Shown: positions 9,130 through 28,700, counted from the stretch's first letter. The stretch is DNA of 57,768 nt from Thermoanaerobaculia bacterium (GCA_044226625.1 JBGAGQ010000039.1:1-57768); one strand, 5' to 3'. Notes: generated by a model from the sequence alone, not told the origin. Made by a program: numbers and translations.

Positions 9130-10500
9130 TCAGTTGGCAAGGGACAGCCGCTCCTCGCGAGCGAGGACTTCGAGATGGGAGGTGACCAACGAGCGGACCT
9201 CGGCTCCGCCGAGGCGCTGGCGGACCTGAGGTATTCCCATTAGTCGATCGACGAGGCCGCGCTGCCGCTTGTCGACGGCCAGGGCCTCGGCGTAAGGAAC
9301 TTGGGTGAACGAGATCAACGAATAGAGCGAACGGTAACGTTCCGGATGTGCCTCTTCGAGCCAACGTTCGATCTCTTTGCGCAGCAGGAATTCGGTCGTT
9401 CCGAGCAGATCGCGAAGCTCGTGGAAATGCTCGAGCGCGAGCTCGGCGATCGCGTCCGCGTTGGGCTTCCTTCGCCGCTGGTATTCGGCGAACGCCCATC
9501 GCCAATCGCCCTTGGATTGAGCGACGCAATCCGCGAGCACGGAGCAGTCTTCGAAGCCGCAGTTCGCGCCTTGGCCGTAGGACGGCACGATCGCGTGGGC
9601 CGCGTCGCCGATCAGGGCCACCTTGTCCTCCCAGATCCAGGGCGCGCAGCGGACGGTCACCATCGTCGTCTCGCTGCGGAAGAAGAAGTCCTCGACCAGG
9701 GTGGGAAGCAGCGGCAGCGCGTCCGGGAACGAGCTCTCGAACAGCCGGATCACGGCCTCCGGGCTGTCGATCGACTCGAAGGAAACCTCCCCCTCGAACG
9801 GCATGTGGAGCGAGACGGTGAAGCTCCCGTCGCGATTGGGAAAGCCGATCAACATATAGCGTCCCCGTGGCCAGACGTGGATCGCGTTGCCGTCGATCCG
9901 CCAGGCTCCATCGGGCGCCGCGGGCAGCCGCAGCTCGCGATACCCCTGGTCGAGGAACTCCTGCCGGTAGTCGAAGCGGGGCACCATCTGCATCCGCAGG
10001 CGGACCATCGAGCGCGCGCCGTCGGCTCCGAGCAAGCGGTTTCCGATCCGCCGCACCACCTCGCCGTTGGCCCGCTCGAAAGTGGCGCCCGGAGCGTCGA
10101 GATCGACCTCGAGGCAGCGCTCTTCGAACCGCGCCTCGACCCGGCCGCGAGCGAGCACGTGGTCGATCAAAACGGCGTTCAGCTCGTTGCGGGACACCGA
10201 CCAGATGGCGCTGCCGTGGTTGTCGTAGGGCTGACGGGTGGTACTGCCATCGATGCCGTGGACGATCCGTCCTCGGCACGGCACGGCGATCGCGCGCACT
10301 CGACCGGCCGCCCCGATCCGTTCGAGGGCGGCGAAGCCCCGGTCGCAGATGGTCAAATTGATCGAGCGCCCTCCCGCGGCGCGTGGGCTGCGTGGGTCGG
10401 GATGGCGGTCGCAAACCTCCACCTCGTGGCCGAGGTCCGCGAGGAACCCCGCCACCACGGACCCGACTAGGCCGGAACCAATGACCAGGACTTTGTCCAA
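9130..10500 (-). CDS. kmo: Kynurenine 3-monooxygenase-like FAD monooxygenase
   Basis: IGSGLVG, GRSINL, GADGARS, HVWPRG, LIGDAAHAIVPSYGQGANCGFED, RKPNADAIAELA, YSLISF match the KMO family. TTG start with AGGAGG RBS. Confidence 0.82.
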   Translation of the reverse strand: MDKVLVIGSGLVGSVVAGFLADLGHEVEVCDRHPDPRSPRAAGGRSINLTICDRGFAALERIGAAGRVRAIAVPCRGRIVHGIDGSTTRQPYDNHGSAIWSVSRNELNAVLIDHVLARGRVEARFEERCLEVDLDAPGATFERANGEVVRRIGNRLLGADGARSMVRLRMQMVPRFDYRQEFLDQGYRELRLPAAPDGAWRIDGNAIHVWPRGRYMLIGFPNRDGSFTVSLHMPFEGEVSFESIDSPEAVIRLFESSFPDALPLLPTLVEDFFFRSETTMVTVRCAPWIWEDKVALIGDAAHAIVPSYGQGANCGFEDCSVLADCVAQSKGDWRWAFAEYQRRRKPNADAIAELALEHFHELRDLLGTTEFLLRKEIERWLEEAHPERYRSLYSLISFTQVPYAEALAVDKRQRGLVDRLMGIPQVRQRLGGAEVRSLVTSHLEVLAREERLSLAN

Positions 10501-10504
10501 CGAG

Positions 10505-11986
10505 CTAGCCTCCTTTTCCTGACTGAGCGTTGCGGCGGAAATCCACGACGTCGAGCGGTCGGTCCGGCTGGCGGCTTCCCTCGGCGATCACCCGCGCGAT
10601 CTCCCGGATGACGGCGTTGCCCTCGTCCGCGGTCAGCAGGTCGGGGCCGTAGCCAAGGTCCAGCCTGAGCCCACCGGGCGCATCGCGGGCGTAGAGCGTG
10701 AGGTCGAAATCGGTGCCGAGCTCGGTGGTCGCGAGCGGCAGGAAGGAGACGCCGGCCGAGGTCGTCGGCTCGGCGTGTCCCGCACCTCCGGAGGGAACGT
10801 TGAGCATCACCCGCACCCAGGGGGTGCGCCAGGGCTCCGCGGCCGGCTCGATCGCGCGGCCGAGCCGCTCGAATGGCACCTCGGCGTGCGCGAACGCCGC
10901 GAGCGCCGCGTCGCGGGCGCGGACCACCGCGGCGCGCAACGTCGTCCCCGGGTCGAGCGGAATGCGCAGGATGACCAGATTCAAGAACAGGCCGACCGTC
11001 TGCGCGAGCTCCGGCCGCGCGCGCGACGAGAACGGCGTCGCGATCGCCACCTCACCCGCACCCAGACCGCCCATGACCGCCCGCAGCGCGGCGAGCACGA
11101 GCTGGAACAGCGTGGCGCGCTCGCCCTGGACGAATGCGCGCGCCTCGACGCTGGTCATCGGTCCGAGCGTGAACGACGCGTTTCCCGCCGGCAGCCCCGC
11201 GCGCCGTGGCATGACGGTGCCGTCGAACGGGAGGCCCGCGAGCTCGCGCCGCCACCAGGAGATTTCGGACCCGTAGCCCTCCGGTCCGGACGCCTCGGCG
11301 CGCCCGTGCTCCCAGGCGGCGAAATCCGACATCTGGCGCGGCGGTGGCGCGAGACCCGGCGCCCGGCCCGACGCGAGGTCGCCGTAGAGCGCCGCGAGGT
11401 CGCGGGCACAGAGCGCGAGCGACCAGCCGTCGAGGCAGATGTGATGGGCTCCGAGCAGCAGCACGTGCTCGAAGCGCGAGCGGTGGACGAGCGCGGCGCG
11501 AGCGACCGGGCCCCGCTGGAGGTCGAACGGCGCGGCTCCGAAGGAGCGCGACACTCGGCCGCGGTCCTCGTCGAAGCGCGCGGCGGCAAGAGCCGAGAGA
11601 TCCACGAGGGGCAGCGGGTCGGCGACCGGCTCGGGCTCGATCATGGCACTCGGTACGCCATCGACCGCGGGGAAGCAGGTCCGCAGCGCCTCGTGCCGCG
11701 CGATCAGTGCGCCGAAGGCGGCGGCCAGCGCCGCGGGGAGCAGAGGGCCGGAAAGCCCGAGCGAGTGCAGGACGTTGTAGGCGGGCCGATCCGGAAACTC
11801 GCGCGCGTGATGCCACAGGCGCTCCTGGGCGAACGAGGGACGGGGCGCTTCCGCCTCCGGCCGGCGAGGAACCGAGGCGAGCTTCTCCTCGTCAGGCCGA
11901 CTGGAGGCGGCCTGGAGGCGCTTCGCGAGCAGCGCCCGCTGCGCGGGCGACAGGCGGTCGCGGCGGGAGGCAAGGTCCGAGGTCAT
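10505..11986 (-). CDS. Stand-alone NRPS condensation domain protein (putative chain release)
   Basis: PSFAQERLW, RHEALRT, intact HHICLDGWS, VGLFLN, HAEVPFE; no A or T domain; ATGA-coupled to the upstream methyltransferase. Confidence 0.9.
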   Translation of the reverse strand: MTSDLASRRDRLSPAQRALLAKRLQAASSRPDEEKLASVPRRPEAEAPRPSFAQERLWHHAREFPDRPAYNVLHSLGLSGPLLPAALAAAFGALIARHEALRTCFPAVDGVPSAMIEPEPVADPLPLVDLSALAAARFDEDRGRVSRSFGAAPFDLQRGPVARAALVHRSRFEHVLLLGAHHICLDGWSLALCARDLAALYGDLASGRAPGLAPPPRQMSDFAAWEHGRAEASGPEGYGSEISWWRRELAGLPFDGTVMPRRAGLPAGNASFTLGPMTSVEARAFVQGERATLFQLVLAALRAVMGGLGAGEVAIATPFSSRARPELAQTVGLFLNLVILRIPLDPGTTLRAAVVRARDAALAAFAHAEVPFERLGRAIEPAAEPWRTPWVRVMLNVPSGGAGHAEPTTSAGVSFLPLATTELGTDFDLTLYARDAPGGLRLDLGYGPDLLTADEGNAVIREIARVIAEGSRQPDRPLDVVDFRRNAQSGKGG

Positions 11987-13286
11987 GGCCGGAACGAATC
12001 GCTCTCCCGAAGATCGGCGCGCGCGATCATCACGTCGACGCCGAGCGTCCAGGCGGCGCCGCCCGGAGCGGTGAACGTGGCGAAATCCCCGAAGCCCGAC
12101 GCGAGGAGCTCGCGCCCCCAGTCGGCCGCGGGAAGGAGCGGGTGGAGCGGCCGAAGCCCGGAGTCCTCGAAGCTGTCGAAGCCGGGCAGGAAGCCCATCG
12201 AGAAGTGGTACTTCCTCTGGAACCGCACCTCTTCGAGCAGGAGGAGGACGCCGCCCGGGGCGAGCAGTCGGCGCACCCGGCGCAGGGTGTCTTCGACCCG
12301 CCTCGTCGCGTGCAGCACGTGCGCCGCGATCAACCAGTCAAAGCCGCCGGGCGGGAAACCCTGCTCGTCCGGCTCGCGTTCCAGATCGAGCTCGCGCGAG
12401 GCGACGAAGCCGAACTCGGCGTATTTCCGCCGGCCGAGGTCGGTGAAGAACTTCGAGACGTCGGTGAACAGAAAGAGGCTCCGGTCCGCCGGCAAGAGCG
12501 GCAGCAGCGAGGAGGTCGTCCCGCCCGTCCCCGCGCCGACCTCGATCAGCCGGAGCCGGCGATCCTCCGGCAGCGCCGCCGCCTGCTCCGCGAGCACCGC
12601 GCTCGCGATGCCGTTGCAGTAGCGGAAGATCGGCAGCTCGCGATAGCTCGTCTCGACCGACTGCGAGGAGCCGCCCGGCAGGTAGAACTCGAGCGGATGG
12701 GTCCGCCCGTCGAGCACCTTGGCGAGGTTCTCGGCGTAATAGGTCCGGTGCTCGGGAGACAAGAGCGCGGCGGCCTCGGGGCCGGGGATCGGCGCGGGCG
12801 AGGCGAACCGTTCTCCCCTGCGCTCGAGGAGCCCCGCCTCCGCCAGGGTGTCGAGCCACCGGTTGAGCACCTTGCGGTGCTTGGGCAGCACCCCGTGGTC
12901 GCGGATCAGATCGTCGGCGGAATGCTCCTCCCCCGCGGCCTGGAACAGGCCGAGCCCCGCGAGGCCGCAGGCGACGATCGCCGCGGCCTGGGCGTCGAGC
13001 GACGCCTCGCGCGCGGCGTCCGCGACCAGGTCGGGCAGCTCGGCGAGCTCCGACGCGGCCCGCTCCCCCGCGGCGACCAGCCGCTGCCAGAGCTGGCCCG
13101 AGACGGGAGCGACGCCCGGGGAGCCGCCGAACAGGATGGGCCGCAGGTCGACGGCCTCCTCGGCTTCGACCGGCGGCGGCGGGGCGGGCACCGCCTCGGC
13201 CTCGACGGTGAGCCCGCGCAGGCGGCGCTCGAGCAGCGCGCGCTTCTCGGGCGACAGGCGCGAGCGACGCTCATCCAACCCCGCGC

Positions 13287-13290
<4 letters not shown>
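11983..13290 (-). CDS. Stand-alone PKS/NRPS-type SAM-dependent (C-)methyltransferase with N-terminal docking-like helix
   Basis: LIEVGAGTGGTT, FTDVS, LDLE, AAHVLHAT, LAPGGVLLL resemble methyltransferase domains normally embedded in PKS/NRPS. GTGA-coupled to the last megasynthase. Confidence 0.85.
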
Positions 13291-19703
<6,413 letters not shown>

Positions 19704-19708
19704 GGCTC

Positions 19709-22700
19709 TTACCCGGCTCCCGATTCCATTCGTTCGTTGGTTTGCGCCCCGCGCTCGGGCCGTCCCCGCCGCCGCGCCGCCGCCGCGCGCCGTTCGAGCC
19801 CGCGATCGCGCCCGCGCGCCGCCGCCTCGATCCCGTCGCCCATCGGCCCCTCTTCCCCGCCCGCCAGTGCCCCCTCGAGATTCGCCCCGGACTCCGACCC
19901 GGCACCAAGAGATCGGGCGAGGGAGCGGATCGTCGGATGGGCGAACAGGGCAACCAGCGGAACGTCGCGCTCGAGCTCAACGCGCAGCCGCTGATGGACC
20001 TTCACCGCGAGCAGCGAATGGCCGCCCGAGTCGAAGAAGTTGTCGTCGACCCCCACCCGTTCGACTCCGAGCGCCGCGCACCAGATCGCCGCGATGCGTC
20101 GCTCGAGGGCGGTGCGCGGCTCCTCGAACGCCACGTCGCCGCTCCAGGCCGCCCGCTCGGGGGCCGGCAGCGCCCCGCGGTCGATCTTGCCGTTGCGGTT
20201 CCTCGGCAAGGCGGGCAGGGCGACGAAAGCCCACGGCACCATGTGAGAAGGGAGCTTCGCGCGCAGGTGATCGCGCAACGCTTCGACACTCGGCGCGCTC
20301 TCCGAAATCGCCGCAAGCGCTCCATTCGACGAGCCCGACGTGTTCGCGGCCGGAACCCAATAGGCGACCAGCTTGCGGTCGCCGTCTTCCCCTTCCTTGG
20401 GTTGTGCGTCTCGCGGAGCGGATCGCGCCACCACCACGGATTCGGCGACCCCGGGATGCGATCCGAGCGCAGCCTCGATCTCCGCGAGCTCGATACGGAA
20501 GCCGCGGATCTTGACCTGGAAGTCGCCTCGGCCGAGATAGAAGAGCTCGCCGTCCGCCACCGCGCGGACGAGGTCGCCGGTGCGGTAGGTCCGGCCGCCG
20601 GGGCGCTCGGACCAAGGATCCGGCACGAAGCGCTCCGCCGTGAGGTCGGGGCGCCGCAGATAACCCCGGGCCACCCCGTCGCCGCCGATCATCAGCTCGC
20701 CGAGCGCGCGCGTGGGCGAGGCGTCGCCGAACCAACCGCCGAGCGCCGGCCCCGTCTCCGCCACCGTGAGATCGGTGTTTGCGACGGGACGGCCGATCGC
20801 GACCTCACGCGAACGGATTCGCGCGAGCGAGGAGTAGATCGTCGTCTCGGTCGGTCCGTAGAGATTCCAGACCCGATCCGCTCGTGCGATCAGCTCGACG
20901 GCGAGGGCGGGAGGCAACGCCTCGCCGGTCGAGCGGGCGTCGCGCAGCGCCCCCTCCTCGCGGCTCCATCCCGAGTCGATCAGGATGCGCCAGGTCCCCG
21001 GCGTGGCCTGCATGACCGTCGTACCGGTCTCGAGCAGGCGAGCGAGCAGCCGGCCGCCATCCGCCGCCTCGGCCCGGTCGACCAACTCGAGACGCGCGCC
21101 GACGATCAGCGGCAGGAGCATCTCGACGGACGCGATGTCGAACCAAAGACCGGTCACGCCGAGCAGGACGTCGCGCTCCGAAAGACCCGGCCGCTCGCGA
21201 ATCGAGGCGAGCAGGTTCGCGAGCGACCGCGCGGTCACCGCCACCCCTTTGGGCGTCCCCGTCGAACCCGACGTGTAGAGCACGTAACCGATCCGCTCGG
21301 ACGGGAAGGGATCGATCCCGTCGATCTCATCGGTCCGAGCGACCGTTCCGCGCCAACCGTCGAACCGGTCGAGCGCGAGCACCGGAACGCCTTCGATCGG
21401 CGCCGCGACGAAGCCGGTCGCGGTGACGACAACGTTTGGGCGAGCGTCCCGGAGCAGGAATGCCAGCCGTTCGGCCGGCGTGGTCGGATCGAGGGGGAGA
21501 TAGGCGCCGCCCGCGCGCTGGATCGCGAGCAACCCGACGAGCTGCGCCGGGGTGCGTGGCAGCGAGATGCCGACGATCGAATCGACGCCCACTCCGTACC
21601 GTTCGCCGAGATGGCGACCGAGCAGCCGGCTCCGGCGATCGAGCTCGCCGAAGCTCAGATGCTCGCCGCCCGCGTGGACGGCGATCGCGTCCGGCATGTG
21701 ACGAGAAGTCTCCGCGATCGAATCGAGGACGGACCAGGTCACTCCGCGCGCGACGTCGTTCGCCTCGATGCGCACCTGGTGCCGCTCGGCGGGAGAGAGA
21801 AGAGAAAGGCGCGAGAGCGGAACCTCCTCTTCCCGCGCGGCGCTCCCGAGAAGGCGTTCGAATCGATCGAGGAGCGAGAGGGCCGTCGCCGGATCGAACA
21901 GGTCGACGTTCCATTCGACCGTGGCGATCGTCCCGGCGGTCGTGGCGTTCCCTCCGCTCCGGAGCGCAAGCGTCAGATCGAACTTGGCGGTTCGGGCCTC
22001 GGCGGCGATGGGCGCGATGCGCAGCGCCGCGGAACCGCCTCGCTCCCCGACCTCGCCTCCGAGCGTCCCGGCCTCGAACGAGAGCAGGGTCTGAAAGAGC
22101 GGCGAGGTCGAAAGATCGCGCGTCGGCGCGAGCCGTTCGACCAGCTTCTCGAACGGTATCGCCGCGTGCGAGAACGCGCCGAGCGAGGCCGCGCGCACTC
22201 GCTCGAGCAAGCCGCCGAAGGTGGGATCGCCCGCGAGGTCGACCGGCAGCGCGAGGGTGTTGGCGAAGAAACCGATCAACCCGAGCAGCTCGGGACGCGG
22301 GCGGTTCGCGATCGGCGAGCCCACGACGACGAGGCCTTGACCGGAGGCCCGGCCGAGCAGCGTTCCCCAGGCGGCGAGCGCGACCATGTACGGAGTCGCC
22401 GCGTGCTTGCGCGCGAGATCGGCGAGGAGCTCCGGCCGGCGAAGGGCCCGAACCCGCTGATCGCCGCGGAACGTCTGGAGCCGCGGGCGCGGCCGGTCGG
22501 TCGGCAGATCGAGCCTCGGCGGCGCCGCGGCGAGCAGCGAGCGCCACCAATCGACCTCGCGCTCGAGCGCCTGCCCGGAGAGGAGCCGCCTCTGCCAGAC
22601 CGCGTAATCGGGGTACTGGACCGGGAGCGGCGTCAGGCTCGCCGGCCGGCGCTCGGCGGCCGCTCGGTAAAGCGCGGACAGCTCCCGCTCGAGCACTCGC

Positions 22701-25700
22701 ATCGAGGAGCCGTCGGCGATCGAGTGATGGAGGGTAAGGATCAGATCGTGCGCCTCGGTTTGCGCCACCGCGCCGCTCGGCCGCGCGATCAGCAGGGCGC
22801 GGAAGAGCGGGCCGTCCGCGAGATCGAAGGGGCGGCGCACCTCGCGATCCGCGAGAGGGCGCGCCACGGACGTGCTCACAGCTCCCGCAAGGGCAGCGAG
22901 ATCGATCAGCGGTGGACGCACGGACTTCGGCTCGTCGATCGCCTGGTACGGCTCCTCGCGGTCGAGCCGGAACGACGTGCGCAGGACCTCATGACGCCGG
23001 AGGAGCGCGGAGAGCGCGGCGGCGAGTGCCGATCGATCGAGCGGTCCCGCCAACCGCAAAGCGGCGGGCAGGTTGTAAGCGGCGCGCCCGTCCGCGTCGG
23101 GCTCCAGACGATCGAGGAACCAGAGCCGCAGCTGACCGAACGAGAGCGGCGGGCGGAAATCGTCGTTCCGTTCCAAGCGCTCCACCGCGGGCGGCGGGGG
23201 AACGCCATCTCCCGCGCGTGTGGTCTCCTCGACGCGGCGCGCGAGCCCGGCGACGGTCGGCGCCTCGAACAGCGCGCGCACCGGCAACTCCACACCGCAC
23301 GCGTCGCCCAGGCGCGCGAGAACCTGGGCCGCGAGGAGAGAGTGCCCGCCCAACGAGAAGAAGTCGTCGCCTGGACCGATCGCCCGGTCCGCGGGGAGGC
23401 CGAGCGTCTCGGCCCAGAGACCCGCGATCAGCTCTTCGAGCGGAGTGAGCGCAGGGCCCTCGGAGCTCCCTGCCGCCGGTGGCGGCTCGACCACGATGGC
23501 GGCGAGGGCGCGGCGATCGACCTTGCCGTTCGCGGTCCGCGGCAAGGCGGTAAGCTCGTGCCAGAGCGTGGGGATGAAATGGGCCGGGAGCTTCGCGCCG
23601 AGCGCCGCCCGCCACCGTTCGACGGGCGGCTCGGTCGCGGCCTTCTCGGTGGCCGCGTCGCGCACGACGAACGCGACGAGCCGGGTCCGATCGGCCGATC
23701 CGAGCACGGCGGCCTCGACGATCCCGGGCAAGGTCCGCAGCGCCTCCTCCACCTCCCCCACTTCGATGCGGAAACCTCGGATTTTGACCTGCCCGTCGAT
23801 CCGGCCGAGAAATTCGATCTCGCCGTCGGTGCGGAACCGGGCGAGATCGCCGGTGCGATAGACGCGGCCGCCGCGCGGTTCGGCGCCGAACGGGTCGGGC
23901 AGGAAGCGCTCCGCGGTGAGGTCGGGGCGGCCGTAATAGCCGCGCGCGAGCCCCGCGCCCGCCAGGAACAGCTCGCCCGGTACGCCGATCGGGAGGGGCG
24001 CGTACCCGTCGAGGATCCTCGCGCGCGAGCCGGCGACCGGCCGGCCGACGGTCGGCGCGCCGAGCCCGGCGGGCACCCGGACGCCGGTCGAATAGGTCGT
24101 GTCCTCGGACGGCCCGTAGAGGTTCCAGACCTCGTCGCACCGCCACCGTTGACGCACCGCCTCGACGAGGGCGCGCGACAGCGGCTCGCCCGCCACGCAG
24201 ACCGCGCGAAGCGCCGGGGGCGCCGCGCCGCGCACCAGCTCGGCGAGCGCCGAGGGGACCGTGTTGACCAGGGTGACATCGCCGAAAGCGGGCAGACCGC
24301 GGAGCGCGAGCGCGTCCTCGGCGAGGACCACCGCTCCGCCGACCGAGAGCGGCACGAAGATCTCGAAGACCGAAAGGTCGAAGGCGATCGAGGTCGCGGC
24401 GAGGACCCGAGAGAGCTGTTCCGCGGAGAACGTCCGCTCCGCCCAGGAGAGAAGCTCGCCTGCGCTTCGGTGCTCGATCGCGACGCCTTTCGGCCGCCCG
24501 GTCGAGCCGGAGGTGTAGATCAGATAGGCGATTCCGTCGGGATCGATCGCCCTGCCCAGCGCAACGCCGTCCGGCCGCTCCGCGGCGAGGTCGACGAGCC
24601 GCACGCCCGGCGCGAGCGCCGCGATCCGGCCGTGGGAGTCGGCATCGACCAGGACCACTCCGACCCGGGCGTCGGCGAGCATGTAGGCGAGCCGCTCGTC
24701 GGGATACGAGGGGTCGAGCGGCAGGTAGGCCGCCCCCGCCTCGAGGATCGCAAGCATGCCGGCGATCAGGTGCGGCGTGCGCCGGGCCGAGATCCCGACC
24801 ACCTGCTCGGCGCCGACGGCGTGCTCGCGGCGAAGCCAATCCGCGAGACCGCCGACGCGCCGCGCGAGATCCCGATAGGTCGTCCGCCCCTCGCCGAAGA
24901 TCAGCGCGACCGCTTGCGGTGTCCGTGCCGCCTGGCAGTAGAAGCGTCCGGGCAGTGTCGCGAGAGCGCCCCGCCCGATCTCCCCTTCCCACTCGACGAG
25001 CACCTGATGCCGCTCGGCGGCGGAGAGCAGCGAGAGATCGGACAGCCGACTCTCCCCGCGTTCCACCGCGGAGGCGAGCAACCGAAGCCACTGCCCCACT
25101 GAACGCGCGATCCTGTGCGCGTCGAACAGATCGGTCGCGTATTCGATCCCGCCTTCGAGGCGCGAGCCCGCGTCGTCGATCGTCAGCGTCCAATCGAACA
25201 TCGCGCGGCCGGCGTCGATCGAGAGCGGCTCTACGCCGGGAGCGGAGGACGCCGCTTCCCCGGAGACGCCGACGGGCGAGCCCGATCGGTCGGCTCCCTG
25301 ATAGGCGAACAGGACCTGGAACAGCGGCGAGCGGGAGAGGTCGCGCTCCGGGGAGAGCGCCGAGATCAATCGTTCGAACGGTACGTTCGCCGCTCCGAAC
25401 GCGGCGATCGCTTCCTCGCGCACGCGGTCGAGCAGCTGGTCGAAACGCGGATCGCCCGCGAGGTCGAGGCGCATGACGATCGTATTGACGAACAGCCCGA
25501 TCATCCCCTCCGTCTCGACGCGGTCGCGGCGCGCGATCGGCGAACCGATCGCGAAATCGATCCGGCCGGTCAGGCGGCCGATCAGGGCCGAGAACGCCGC
25601 GAGCAGAAGCATGAACGGTGTGGCGCCGGACCGCTTTGCGGCGCCGCGCATCGCCAGGCCGAGCTCCGCGGGAATCTGGAACGGCACGAACGCGCCGCGG

Positions 25701-28700
25701 AAAGTCTGCGCGTCGGGGCGCGGCCGGTCGGCTGGTAGGTCGAGCGGCGCGGGCAGGGGGCGGAACCGCGCGAGTCGACGCTCGAGCGCCTCGGTCAGCC
25801 GGCCTCCAGAGGCCATTTCCTCCCGCTCGCGTCGCGCGTGCTCGCCATAGCTGAGCGGCAACGGCGGCAACGGCGACGGCCTGCCCGCGGCGAACGCCGC
25901 GTAGAGGCGGCCGACCTCCGCTTGGATCACGCGCATCGAGCCGCCGTCCGAGATCACGTGGTGGAGCGCGAACCCGAGAATCCGCTCGGTCTGCGAACAC
26001 CGCAGAAGCAGGGCGCGAAAAGCGGGGCGCCGCTCGAGTTCGAACGGCAATCGGCCGAACGCCTCGGCGATCGCCGCCGCGCGCACCGCGGCGAGCCCGC
26101 ACGGGAGGCGCGAGAGGTCGACGATGGGCAGAGCGAAACCGGCCGGCGCGGCGGCGACCCGCTGGACGGGCCGGCCTCCTTCGCTCGGGAAGGTGGTCCG
26201 CAGAACCGCGTGGCGACGAACCAGCTCGGCGAGCGCCGCCCGGAGCACCCGTTCGTCGACCGCGCCGCTCCAGCGCACGGCTCCGGGCATGTTGTACGCC
26301 GCCCGCTCCGGCTCCAACCGGTCGATGAACCATAGCCGCTCCTGGGCGAACGAGAGAGGAAAGTCGCCGACGTCTCCTCCAGCTTCGCGCTCGGACTCGG
26401 ACGCGGCGGGCGACTCGGCCCCTCCCCTTCGCTCCTCGGCGATCCGGCGCGCCAGCCGGGCGATCGTCGGCGCCTCGAACAGGGCGGCGAGCGGCAACTC
26501 GGCCGCGAGGTCGCGGCGGATGCGCGCGATCACCCGAAGCGCGAGCAGGGAGTGTCCGCCCAGCTCGTTGAAATCGTCGTGGACGCCGATCGGCGCCAGC
26601 CCGAGGACCTCCTCCCAGATCGCGGCGAGCTCCCGCTCCGCCTCGTCGCGCGGCGCGAGGTACGGCGAGGCGAGGGCGGGGCGCGCGTGGGCGACGGCAG
26701 CGCTCGGAGCGCGACGGCCGGGCCCGTCTCGGCGCTCGTCCGGGACCGCTCCGGCGTCCTCGGCCGCGGGACGGAAGCGGGCGCGCAAGCCGGCGAGATC
26801 GCGGGTCGAGACGACGACCCGTGGCCGGCCGCTCGCCAGCGCGTGGTCGAACGCGGCGAGCCCTTCCGCGGGGTCGAGGCCCTCGATCGGGGCACCGCTC
26901 TCCGCGGCGGAACGGGCGGCCATTCCGATCTCTCGCCAGGCGTCCCAATCGATTGCCAAAAACCGTCCGCCCCGGGCCGCCTCGGATTCGGCGAACGCGT
27001 CCAGGACCGCGTTGGCGGCGGCGTAGTCGGCCTGCCCGATCCCACCGAAAAGAGAGGCAAGGGAGGAGAAGACGACGAACCGGTCGAGCGGAGGCAGGTG
27101 CGCCGTCGCCTCCCGCAGGGCGAGCACGCCGAGTACCTTCGGCGCGAGCACGGCCTCCGCCTCGGCGCGCGAGCGAAGCTGGAGCAGACCGCTTCCCGGA
27201 ATGCCCGCCGCGTGGATCACCGCATGCAGCGCTCCGAACCGTTCGAGCGTGCGCTCGACCAACCAGCGGGCCGCGGCGGGATCGGAGACGTCGGCCGCGA
27301 GCCGCAGCGGATCCGCCTCGTGGGGGATGCCGTCGAGCGGGCCGGAATGGAGCGTGCGCCCGACCAGGACAAGCCGCGCGCCGCGGGTCCGCGCGAGGTG
27401 CCCGGCGACCGCGAGGCCGATGCCGCTCATTCCACCGGTGATCAGGACGACGCTCCCCTCGGGAAGCCCGGCCCCGGACGCGGCGCCCTCCGCCAGGCGC
27501 TCGAACGCGCGGACGAACCGCCGGCCGCCGCGGAGGGCGACGAGCGATCGATCGAGGCCGGGATCGGCCCCGATCGGAGCCTCGCGGTCGAGCTCGGCGA
27601 GAAGGTTCCGGGCGATCCGATCGGGATCTCCCGTCGAGACGTCGAACGCCCGTGCGGCCGATCCTGCCGATTCCAAGGGCAGCGCCCGCACCGGCCCGAG
27701 CAGCGCCGCCTTCGCCGGCTCGACCGACGCCTCCCCCGCGACGTCGCAAAGGCTGTCGGCGACCACGGTCAGATCAAGGGGGACCCCTCGCTCGCCGTAG
27801 CGCCGAATGACGGATGCCAGCTGATGGAACGACCGCTCGAGTGAAGCGGCAGCCGGCTCCGCGGTCCCCCCGGTGACGTTCGAAAGATCGATCACGCGCA
27901 CCGGCAACTTGAGCGCCGGGATCTCGTCCAACGACCGGGCGCCGACTACGCGATCGCCGCGATCTCGAAGAAGCGCTTCCAATCGATGGCCGAGCCCCAT
28001 CCGGTCGTCGCCGAGCAGCAGCCATTCGCGCGAGGGCCGCCCCCCGGCGGCTTGCGGCTCCGGGGGGAGCTCGCGCCAGACCGGTACGCTCAACCACTCC
28101 CCCTCCGGCAGGCGGTCCAGCTTGGGATTCCTCTTCGCCGTGGCGCCTGCGGAGGCTCCCGAAGCATTGGGAGCCATCGACGCGGGATCGATCCAATAGC
28201 GCCTGCGCTCGAAGGGATAGGTCGGCAGCACCACCTTCGATCGGCCGGGGCCGGCGGACTTTTCGACCTCGGCGTCGACGCCCGCGAGCCAAAGCCGCCC
28301 GAGCGCTCCGAGCAGCGCCTCGGGCTCGGCGCTCGGATCCTCGGCTTCGCCGAGGCTCGCTACGACAGGAACCACCGGACCTCCAGCCGCGGCGGTCCGC
28401 CGCCGCGCGAGCGTCGCGAGAGCCCGCCCCGGACCGACTTCGAGCAGGGCGTACCGCGCCTCGCTCAGCAGAACCCCGAGCCCCTCGGAAAATCGCACCG
28501 GCTCGCGCAGGTGGCGCAGCCAATAGCCCGGATCGGTCGCCTCGGCAGGCGAGATCCAGCCTCCGGTGAGGTTCGAGAGGAAGGGGATCCGCGGCGCCCG
28601 GAACATCACCGAGCGGAGGGCCTCGGCGAACGGCTCGATCGCCGGCTCCATCGCCCGCGAATGGAAGGCATGCGAGGTGCGCAGGAGCCGCCCGTCGATC

